64,000 nucleotides of DNA. It comes from a candidate division WOR-3 bacterium. Its GTDB lineage: Bacteria > Hydrothermota > Tepidihabitantia > Tepidihabitantales > Tepidihabitantaceae. The notes under the pieces are model-generated. The model was given only the letters and a program-made list of their open reading frames with translations. It had not been told where the DNA came from and did not search any database. Shown one piece after another: positions 39,943 through 47,287 of the stretch; position 1 is the stretch's first letter, and the number at the start of each line of letters is the position of its first letter. The translations under genes and the position numbers were made by a program. The stretch spans positions 96,001 through 160,000 of the forward strand of contig CBFGKH010000001.1 of the NCBI GenBank assembly GCA_965649295.1. The letters run 5' to 3'.

Positions 39943-41049
39943 CTAGATTGCCTCGATTATCTCTTCCGGCGTCAGCATCTCGCCGTCATAGCGGAGCACC
40001 GATATCACCGGCACATTACGACTGACCGTCCGCTCGATTGTCCGCCGCAACTGCCCCTGATTCATCTCCGGCACAATCACCCGCCGCGCACTGCGCAGCA
40101 GTGAAATCAGCCGGCCGGTTGGAAACGGCCAAATCATCCGCAACCGCAGAATCCCGACCCGCCGACCGGTCTTCTGCTCGAACTGCCGCTTAGCCTCCAT
40201 TGCCGAACGGGCCGCGCTGCCGTAGCAGACAATCACTGTCTCCGCTCCGATGTCCTCATAGGCGATGTCCCAGAGCCAGCCGCGATTGTCGTCAATCTTC
40301 CGACGCAGCCGGTCCATGTTCCAGCGAATAATCTCCGGGTCGTCAGTAGGAAAGCCGTCCTTGCGGTGCGTCAGGCCGGTCAGATGAATCCGGTACCCCT
40401 CGCCAAAACTGGCAATTCGGGCATCGTAGTTGTTCGAGTCGTCGTAATGATAATACTGGTCTGCTGGCACCTTCGGCTTATCTGACTGCCAGACCGTCAC
40501 CTGCTCGGGCAGCTCCACCGCCTCGCGCATGTGCCCAACAATCTCATCCATCAGGACAATCACCGGTATCCGCAGCCGCTCTGAGACATTGACCGCAGCC
40601 ACGGTCAGGTCAAAACACTCGCGCACACTCCAGGGACAGACCGCCACAATCGGATGGTCACCATGCGTGCCGTGCCGCGCCTGCATCACATCGCCCTGTG
40701 ATGTCCGCGTCGGCGTACCGGTTGCCGGCCCACCGCGCATCACATTGACAATCAGACACGGCAGCTCCGCCATAATTGAATAGCCAATCCCCTCCTGCAT
40801 CAAAGAGAACCCCGGCCCGGAAGTTGCCGTCATTGCCTTGACACCAGCAGCAGTCGCCCCATTCATCGCACAGATTGAGGCAATCTCGTCTTCCATCTGG
40901 ATGAACGTGCCACCAATCCTCGGTAGCTCCCGCGCCAAATACTCGGCAATCTCGGTTGAAGGCGTAATCGGGTAACCGGCAAAGAACCGCACGCCAGCTC
41001 GCACCGCACCAATCGCGCAGGCCTCGTTACCCGACAGTAGCTGCGTCAT
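39943..41049 (-). CDS. korA: 2-oxoacid:ferredoxin oxidoreductase alpha subunit
   Basis: GNEA, GYPITPSTE, QMEDE, ATSGPG.SLM.E, RGGP.TG, EMN.GQ. Confidence 0.92.
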   Translation of the reverse strand: MTQLLSGNEACAIGAVRAGVRFFAGYPITPSTEIAEYLARELPRIGGTFIQMEDEIASICAMNGATAAGVKAMTATSGPGFSLMQEGIGYSIMAELPCLIVNVMRGGPATGTPTRTSQGDVMQARHGTHGDHPIVAVCPWSVRECFDLTVAAVNVSERLRIPVIVLMDEIVGHMREAVELPEQVTVWQSDKPKVPADQYYHYDDSNNYDARIASFGEGYRIHLTGLTHRKDGFPTDDPEIIRWNMDRLRRKIDDNRGWLWDIAYEDIGAETVIVCYGSAARSAMEAKRQFEQKTGRRVGILRLRMIWPFPTGRLISLLRSARRVIVPEMNQGQLRRTIERTVSRNVPVISVLRYDGEMLTPEEIIEAI

Positions 41050-41495
41050 GCCCTGTCCCCTCCAGCACTCGGCAGTCTCGCATCTTGCCTCTCGCCTCTC
41101 TCCTCGCCCTCACTTTGACTTTTGGCTTCTGCATCTCGGCCCTTGACTCCCTCCGCCCTTTCTCCCTTCCGCACATATATCGCCGCATCCGGACACCGCA
41201 GCTCGCACATCCGACAGCCGATACACCGGTCCGGATGGAGTGCCGTAACCTTGAACCGGTCATCGAGATCGAGCGTCCCCGTTGGACAGAAATCAACACA
41301 GATGCGGCAGCCCTTGCAGAACTGCTTGATAATGGTAAACCGGTGCCCCTTGGGCGTAACCAAACAGACTGGCTCGGCGCGCAGAAACTTCTTCACCGGC
41401 GCCCTCGCCGGTGGCTTGCCAATTGCCTTGAATAGACGGGAAGAATCTTCATCGGTCTGCGCGTGCAATTCTAACCGAGCCGCCTCCACCGTCAA
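41046..41495 (-). CDS. korD: 2x[4Fe-4S] ferredoxin, delta subunit
   Basis: CKGCRICVDFCP and CIGCRMCELRCP; C-terminal tail encoded by short repeats. Confidence 0.85.
   Translation of the reverse strand: MTVEAARLELHAQTDEDSSRLFKAIGKPPARAPVKKFLRAEPVCLVTPKGHRFTIIKQFCKGCRICVDFCPTGTLDLDDRFKVTALHPDRCIGCRMCELRCPDAAIYVRKGERAEGVKGRDAEAKSQSEGEERGERQDARLPSAGGDRA
41075..41170. repeat. Degenerate 7/8-bp tandem repeats inside the korD 3' end
   Basis: tctcgca|tcttgcc|tctcgcc|tctctcc ... tttgact|tttggct|tctgcat|ctcggcc|cttgact. Confidence 0.6.
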
Positions 41496-41512
41496 CTTCC
41501 GACACCCCAGCC

Positions 41513-42736
41513 TTATCCATCTTGCCGCTTGCCCCCTGCCTCTTGGCCCTTGACTTTTGGCTCTTGGCTCGTGTCCTCTGCCTCTCCTGCTTCTCCTCTT
41601 GCCGGCGGAACCGGCCGCCTGTCGCGTATCTCCTCGAACTTCGCCACCAGCGCCGCTGCGACCCGCTGCACCAGCTCAGGCCGACCGGTTGTCCGGCCAA
41701 GCTCAGCCAGAGTCTGCTCCATCGTCGCACTCTCCGGGTCAGAGTCAACCAAGAGCCACGCTAGCGTCCTCGCCAGCCAGTCCCGCGCCGGCTCATCAGC
41801 ACTCTCAACCCCCACCGCCTCACCAGCCTGCCGTAGCGCAAGCTGGAATAGATACCGCTTTCGGCCGTATTCCTCCATTGCCGCCTTCACCTCCTTTCGC
41901 TCCTGGTCTCGCCGCAATGCGGCCGCGCTCCGCAGCCCATTCCCGGCAATCCGAATCGGCGGCCCTGACCGCAGCTCCTCCACCAGCCCAGCCGCCTGTA
42001 GGTCAGCATACACCTCTTCAGCCAGCTTCCGTGCCAGTTCCAGCTCCTTCCTACCTGCAAACCCAACCCGCACCGCTGCCCGCTCCAGTGCTCTCCAGCG
42101 CCGCGCCGAACCCGGCCTGAGCCGCACCGCCAGCACACCTACCGCCTGCCGTAGCAGAAACAACCGGTCTGCCGGCGAAAGCGATGCCCAATACGGGGCC
42201 AGCACCCTTTTCAACTCCTGCTCCAACTCATAAGCAATCAACCGACTGTTCGCCATCCGTCGCACCCGGGCCAGCCGCTGCTCTGGCAGCTCATACTGCA
42301 ACCACACCCGTCGCCCTGGCGGTAACTCATAATCCGGCACACGCAACCGACCATCGTTTCGAAACAGAAGCGCCGTCTTACGGTCATACTTCAGCACTGC
42401 TGCCCGCACCGGCTCTGGCAATCCGGCAACCAGCGCCTGCACTTCCTCCTGAGCCTGCTCCTGTCCAGCCACTGGCCGACGGCAGTAATCATTAAGAATA
42501 TCCAGAATCGCCCCAACATCAGTCCGACACGCCCGCAGGAAATCAAGCACGAGCCCGAGCGAAGGATACCGGACGCGCCCGCTCTCCAGCCTCGCCACCA
42601 CATTCCACGCACCACGGCCCTGTCGGCCCATCAGCATTGCAACCTGCGCTTGCGTCAGCCCAGCAGCCAGCCGCACCTGCCGCAGCCTCGCTGCCAACTC
42701 GGCCGGAAACTCAAACATCACTCGCGCACGCGCCAC
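41513..42736 (-). CDS. XRE-family HTH protein with a long uncharacterised helical C-terminal region
   Basis: LAARLRQVRLAAGLTQAQVA...VARLESG...PSL..VLDFL.AC; GTG lies 5 nt after TATAAT. Confidence 0.75.
   Translation of the reverse strand: MARARVMFEFPAELAARLRQVRLAAGLTQAQVAMLMGRQGRGAWNVVARLESGRVRYPSLGLVLDFLRACRTDVGAILDILNDYCRRPVAGQEQAQEEVQALVAGLPEPVRAAVLKYDRKTALLFRNDGRLRVPDYELPPGRRVWLQYELPEQRLARVRRMANSRLIAYELEQELKRVLAPYWASLSPADRLFLLRQAVGVLAVRLRPGSARRWRALERAAVRVGFAGRKELELARKLAEEVYADLQAAGLVEELRSGPPIRIAGNGLRSAAALRRDQERKEVKAAMEEYGRKRYLFQLALRQAGEAVGVESADEPARDWLARTLAWLLVDSDPESATMEQTLAELGRTTGRPELVQRVAAALVAKFEEIRDRRPVPPARGEAGEAEDTSQEPKVKGQEAGGKRQDG
41521..41576. repeat. Eight 7-bp tandem units inside the XRE gene 3' end
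   Basis: cttgccg|cttgccc|cctgcct|cttggcc|cttgact|tttggct|cttggct|cgtgtcc. Confidence 0.75.
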
Positions 42737-42783
42737 AGACTATTATACTAAATCTTATAGCCACCGTTCAACTTTCTCTGCGT

Positions 42784-43111
42784 CTAACCAACAGCAAACA
42801 AATCAGTTAGCCAATTACAGCCGTTGAGATATCCCTAGTCCCCCGGGTCGCTCTCTAGGCTCTTTGTCTCGGCCTCTGCCACGAACCTCCACCAACCCTC
42901 TGCAGGACTCATCCCCAATCCCTGATCTGGCCTACTCTCCGGGGCTCTCTCCAGACTAACTCCCAAACTCCTATCCACAGTCCCTGCCACTGACTGGTCC
43001 CAAGCCCTATGCCGGAACTTCCAACCGGCCCTACCCCCGACCTCCGCCAAGCTCCCTGCCCGAGCCTTGTCCCATCTCAAAACCAATCTCAACCGAGAAC
43101 CCATTCCCGCC
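42784..43111 (+). repeat. Dispersed element copy A: 27-bp head, CCCGGG box, about 23 degenerate 12-bp units
   Basis: Head CTAAC-N17-GTTAG at 42784-42810; TCCCTAGTCCCCCGGG ends at 42847; units gcctctgccacg, ccctctgcagga, ctactctccggg, gctctctccaga, ctcctatccaca, gtccctgccact, ctccctgcccga. Confidence 0.75.
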
Positions 43112-43146
43112 CTTCTCCCATCCCGTCACCAGCACCACCTCTACCC

Positions 43147-43240
43147 CTTTGTGCCTTGGTGTCCTGGTGGTGCATGATGTCTCTCCTGCTCCTAACCCTC
43201 ACTTGGTCTTCTTGGCGCCGTCTTGGCGACCTTAGTGGTC
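43147..43240. repeat. Short repeats of about 9 bp (cttTGTGcc-like)
   Basis: ctttgtgcc|ttggtgtcc|tggtggtgc and cttggcgccg/cttggcgacc/ttagtggt; related copy at 43526-43546. Confidence 0.5.
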
Positions 43241-43289
43241 AGTCGCGGCGGCGGCTTGACTTCGCCGGCCATTCAGCAATACCACTTAC

Positions 43290-43499
43290 GTGGTCAAGAA
43301 GACGCCCGCGCTGGAGCGGTTTGAGGTTGAGCAGTTGTCCGAGCCGGCCGACTTTCGGCGCAATCTAGCGATATTCGAAGCGCTCGCCCAGCAAACGGTG
43401 AAACTCGGCGTGTTCCGCCGTGCTGACCCACTCTCAGACATCAAGCACGTCATCCGCCTTGCCCGCGACCTCAACCGTGTTTGCGGCGCTGCTCACTAG
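43290..43499 (+). CDS. Small 69-aa hypothetical protein, possibly the antitoxin-like partner of a nucleotidyltransferase
   Basis: L.RFE...; N..IFEAL......LGV....DPL..I...IRLAR.LN pattern, recalled from small genes that precede NTase genes. Confidence 0.55.
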   Translation: MVKKTPALERFEVEQLSEPADFRRNLAIFEALAQQTVKLGVFRRADPLSDIKHVIRLARDLNRVCGAAH

Positions 43500-43545
43500 A
43501 ATCGCCCGCGTGGCCAGCCTGCGGCCATTAGTGTCTTGGTGGTGA
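43477..43545 (+). pseudogene. Possible 5' remnant of a nucleotidyltransferase gene
   Basis: GTG overlapping the upstream gene end gives (M)FAALLTRIARV, then runs into the repeat and stops after 22 codons. Confidence 0.3.
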
Positions 43546-43553
43546 ATGCGCGC

Positions 43554-44597
43554 TCAGGCGAGCGCGGTGCGGGCGGCTGCGGCAAGGTCGAGACCGGACG
43601 GGCCGAAGCGGTTGAACCGCTCAACCCCAGCCGCGGCAATCATTGCCGCATTGTCGGTGCAGTACTGCACCCTGGGAATTACAAGCTGAACCCCGTAACG
43701 GTCAGCAATATCGGCTAGCTGCTCGCGCAGGTAGCCATTGGCCGCCACCCCACCGGACACGCCCAGCGTTCCCAGTCCGGTCTGTTTCAACCCCTGCACT
43801 ACGCGCCTGGTGATGGAAGCAACCGCTGCCCGCTGGAAAGACGCGGCGACGTCGGCCTTTGCTGCCCCGGGATTGTCGCGCAGGTAGTAGAGCACCGCAG
43901 TCTTCAGTCCGGAGAAGCTCCAGTCCAGCCCGCCTGGGTCAGGAATCGGGAACTCGATCGTGCACCGGCCTTCCCGCGCCAGCCGTTCAACCTGCACCCC
44001 ACCCGGATAGGGCAGCCCCAGTAGCTTGGCCACCTTGTCGAACGCTTCACCACAGGCATCGTCAATCGTCGAGCCAAGCTGCCGGTACCGGCACCAGTCC
44101 TCAACGACCAGTAGCTCGGTGTGCCCACCCGAAAGCACAGCAGCAAGAAACGGCGGCCTAAGCTCTGGCTTCTCAAGCCGGAGGGCAAAGATATGGCCCT
44201 CCAGGTGATTGACGCCCACAAACGGTATTCCCAGGCCAAAGCTCAGCGCCTTGGCAAATGGTAGTCCGACCAGGAGCGCACCCATCAGCCCGGGCGTATA
44301 GGTGACGGCCACGAGCCCGATGTCTGCAAGCCGCACCCCGGCCTGCTCCAGGGCCGCGTTCATCACCGGCAGTATCATCCGCATGTGGGCGCGGGCTGCC
44401 AGTTCGGGCACAACCCCACCAAACTCCGCATGGACGTATTGGGACGAGACGACGCTGGAGCGAACATTGGTAAGACCATCGAGGACTGCTGCCGCAGTCT
44501 CATCGCACGAAGTCTCGATACCGAGCGTCAGCTTGGTATTTACGTCTTGGTCCGTTATCGTCTGGTATCCGCAGTCGTCAGTTCTACTTCGAACCAC
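43554..44597 (-). CDS. tsaD: tRNA N6-adenosine threonylcarbamoyltransferase
   Basis: LGIETSCDET, GGVVPELAAR.H, HLEGH, SGGHT, GEAFDK, SFSGLKT, GGVAAN, TDNAAMIA. Confidence 0.96.
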   Translation of the reverse strand: MVRSRTDDCGYQTITDQDVNTKLTLGIETSCDETAAAVLDGLTNVRSSVVSSQYVHAEFGGVVPELAARAHMRMILPVMNAALEQAGVRLADIGLVAVTYTPGLMGALLVGLPFAKALSFGLGIPFVGVNHLEGHIFALRLEKPELRPPFLAAVLSGGHTELLVVEDWCRYRQLGSTIDDACGEAFDKVAKLLGLPYPGGVQVERLAREGRCTIEFPIPDPGGLDWSFSGLKTAVLYYLRDNPGAAKADVAASFQRAAVASITRRVVQGLKQTGLGTLGVSGGVAANGYLREQLADIADRYGVQLVIPRVQYCTDNAAMIAAAGVERFNRFGPSGLDLAAAARTALA

Positions 44598-44599
44598 GC

Positions 44600-45505
44600 T
44601 TACCGGACCGTGACGTCAAAGAGCTGCGGCTCGCACTTGACGACTCGGTATCCGGGCGGCAGGAGGATGTCGGCTGCCAGCCGATAGTCACCCGGGCCCA
44701 GGCCGGCCACTTTCACCTGAGCGGTTATCTGCTCATTTTGCAGCGAGTCAATACTGTGCGCTGGGCCGGCGATTGCAATCTGAGCCTCGTTCGGCTCAAT
44801 TTCGACCTGGCGACCGGCCGGCCCCACGACTCGCACCGGCACCCCGAGAAAGATGCGAGCTGCTTCTTTCTCAACCACTACCGCTATGTCAGCCGACTCC
44901 GGCTCAGTGACAAAAGCCGGACCAGGTGGCACAACTCGCAGCCGCACCGTGCCCGGTCCGCTGACTCGCGCCAGGTCTAACGTCTCGGTGTTCACGCTGG
45001 TTATCGTCCGCAGTTCGCTCTCTGGCCCAAGCAATCGGACTGTTGCTGGTGGCCGGTTGACTGTCACCATCGTGTTGCTCGCTGGCTGACCCTTCAACGG
45101 CACCTGGACCGGCACGACCCGCACCGACGCCTCATTGACGTGCAGCTCGACATACTCCGGTTCGATTGCCGTCAGGGTGACACCTGGCGGCAGGTTCAGC
45201 TCGGCCGCAGTAAGCTTCACCTGCTTACGGCCCAGCCGCGACTCAACTCGGCCTAGTAGAAACCGCAATTGCTTTGGCCGCAGATTGACGAGGTCCTTGC
45301 CCCGTCCAGACAGTGTCACCGTGGCCTCGCTTGGTTCAACCGCTACCAGTATCTGACGAGCATCGGTCTTCGTCAGCACCACCGGCACTGCCAAAGCCAC
45401 GGTGTAGGTTCGGTCGAGCGCGGCATAGGCCCAGACCAAAAGCGAGAGCAAAAGGGCCGTCACCTTCAAGGGAATATCGGCTGCCAGCCATTGGAGGAAT
45501 CGCAT
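44600..45505 (-). CDS. YbbR/CdaR-like membrane-anchored protein
   Basis: N-terminal TM K..ALLLSLLVW, repeated P..V.V.L.G beta domains. Confidence 0.75.
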   Translation of the reverse strand: MRFLQWLAADIPLKVTALLLSLLVWAYAALDRTYTVALAVPVVLTKTDARQILVAVEPSEATVTLSGRGKDLVNLRPKQLRFLLGRVESRLGRKQVKLTAAELNLPPGVTLTAIEPEYVELHVNEASVRVVPVQVPLKGQPASNTMVTVNRPPATVRLLGPESELRTITSVNTETLDLARVSGPGTVRLRVVPPGPAFVTEPESADIAVVVEKEAARIFLGVPVRVVGPAGRQVEIEPNEAQIAIAGPAHSIDSLQNEQITAQVKVAGLGPGDYRLAADILLPPGYRVVKCEPQLFDVTVR

Positions 45506-45616
45506 CACCGCTATCTTAGGCAGACTCCGGAAAGTGTCAATCCGACGCCAGTCTTGACTTACGCCCGGTTTGGGCAAGCATTACTCTTGCTCTCAGCACC
45601 AAACAAAGGAACTAAC

Positions 45617-46864
45617 ATGTGGGACCAACCAACACTCGACCGGCTGCGTCAGCGCATTGCCGAGCTGGAACCAGAGATGATCGAACTGCAGCGGCGACTT
45701 GTCGCGCTGCCCGCCATCAGTCCGGCTAATGGTGGCGAAGGCGAGAAGGCCAGAGTTGACTTTCTTCTACCGCTGCTCACCAGCTTCGGGCTGGAAGTGA
45801 CCGAGTACCGCGCTCCTGACCAACGCGCTCGCTGTGGCTATCGCCCCAGCCTTGTTGCCCGGCTTCCTGGCCAGCAGCGCAACCGCACCCTCTGGATAAT
45901 GACCCACCTTGACATCGTGCCCGCCGGCCCGGCCGAACTTTGGCACACCGACCCATTCGTCGCTACGGTCAAAGACGGCAAGATAATCGGTCGTGGCGTT
46001 GAGGACAACCAGCAGGAGATGGTTGCCTCCATCTATGCGCTCAAGGCCCTGATTGACCTCGGGCTGACGCCGGTTCACGACGTTGCCCTGATGCTCGTCG
46101 CCGACGAGGAAACTGGCTCTGACTATGGCGTCGGCTGGCTCCTTGACAACCATCGGCTCTGCCAGCCTACTGACCTAGTGCTGGTTCCTGACGCCGGCAA
46201 CGAAGATGGTAGCCTGCTGGAGATTGCCGAGAAGTCCATCGCCTGGCTCAAACTGACAATCATTGGCCGCCAGACCCATGGCTCAACGCCCCATCACGGC
46301 CGCAATGCCCACCGGGCTGGCGCTAACCTGCTCGTTCGCCTCGACCAGGAGCTACACGAGAAATACAACGCTGAGGATACCCTCTTTTCACCACCGGTCT
46401 CGACTATCGAGCCGACCAAGAAAGAGGCCAACGTTCCCAACATCAACACGATTCCCGGCGAGGATATCTTCTATCTCGACTGTCGAATGCTGCCCTGCTA
46501 CCAGCTCGCTGACCTTTTGGCCGATACCCAACGGATTGCTGCACAGGTTGCGGCCCAATTCGGTGTTGAGATACGGGTTGGCACCGAACAGTTTGCCCAG
46601 GCCGCACCACCGACCAGTGCCGACGCACCGATTGTTCGCCTGCTCGCCCAGGCTGTCCGCACCCTGCTCGGAGTTGAGCCTTTCACTCGGGGCATCGGCG
46701 GTGGAACTGTCGCTGCGCTCTTTCGCCGCCGTGGAATCCCAGCCGTGGTCTGGGGTCGCTGTGCCGGCCAGGCCCACCAGCCCAACGAATACTCACTGAT
46801 TGCCAATATGACCGGCAATGCGCTGGTCTATGCTTGGCTCGCCGGCATGGAAGCGCCCGACTGA
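45617..46864 (+). CDS. M20 family metallo-hydrolase (DapE/ArgE-like)
   Basis: THLDIVP, GRGVEDN, ADEETGS, HGSTP, GGGT, AHQPNE; ATG 45617 after AAAGGA. Confidence 0.88.
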   Translation: MWDQPTLDRLRQRIAELEPEMIELQRRLVALPAISPANGGEGEKARVDFLLPLLTSFGLEVTEYRAPDQRARCGYRPSLVARLPGQQRNRTLWIMTHLDIVPAGPAELWHTDPFVATVKDGKIIGRGVEDNQQEMVASIYALKALIDLGLTPVHDVALMLVADEETGSDYGVGWLLDNHRLCQPTDLVLVPDAGNEDGSLLEIAEKSIAWLKLTIIGRQTHGSTPHHGRNAHRAGANLLVRLDQELHEKYNAEDTLFSPPVSTIEPTKKEANVPNINTIPGEDIFYLDCRMLPCYQLADLLADTQRIAAQVAAQFGVEIRVGTEQFAQAAPPTSADAPIVRLLAQAVRTLLGVEPFTRGIGGGTVAALFRRRGIPAVVWGRCAGQAHQPNEYSLIANMTGNALVYAWLAGMEAPD

Positions 46865-46905
46865 CCAGTGCTTGACTAGGCGCAATCCGCGGCTAGATTG
46901 AGGCT

Positions 46906-47280
46906 GTGATGGAACCGTTCCCGCTCTCGTCGCTCCGGCAGCTCGTTGACGTTGACCGGGCCACAGTGGTGGACTCCCGTGCGCACGGCGGTGAGGTAAT
47001 CCGTATCCCGATCAAAAGCCAGATGCTGCTCGCCAACATCCTCAGCGCTGTCGCCGACAATCTCGCTTGGTTTATGGAGCAGGTGACCGGTCGTGGCTAC
47101 CAGAAAGCTGAAGAAGTTTACGAAACTGGCTTTACCGTTCGCGAACCTGGCCACCAGGCCTATGGACTGAAGGTCCACGCCGAGCCAGGCATGGTCATTA
47201 TCTCCCGCGTCTCGATTCTCGAAGACGAGACAATCTTCCGCCGCTACGTTAACTACCTGCACACCGGCGTCTATCTCTAG
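46906..47280 (+). CDS. Hypothetical protein (124 aa)
   Basis: Protein-like composition and its own promoter TTGACT-N16-TAGATT; no family recognised. Confidence 0.7.
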   Translation: MMEPFPLSSLRQLVDVDRATVVDSRAHGGEVIRIPIKSQMLLANILSAVADNLAWFMEQVTGRGYQKAEEVYETGFTVREPGHQAYGLKVHAEPGMVIISRVSILEDETIFRRYVNYLHTGVYL

Positions 47281-47287
47281 CCTCGAC

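Noticed and set aside
42836..43111. CRISPR array or DGR template interpretation of the 12-bp arrays
   Set aside because: No identical 23-47 bp repeats with spacers, no cas or reverse transcriptase gene, and no adenine-specific TR/VR pair seen
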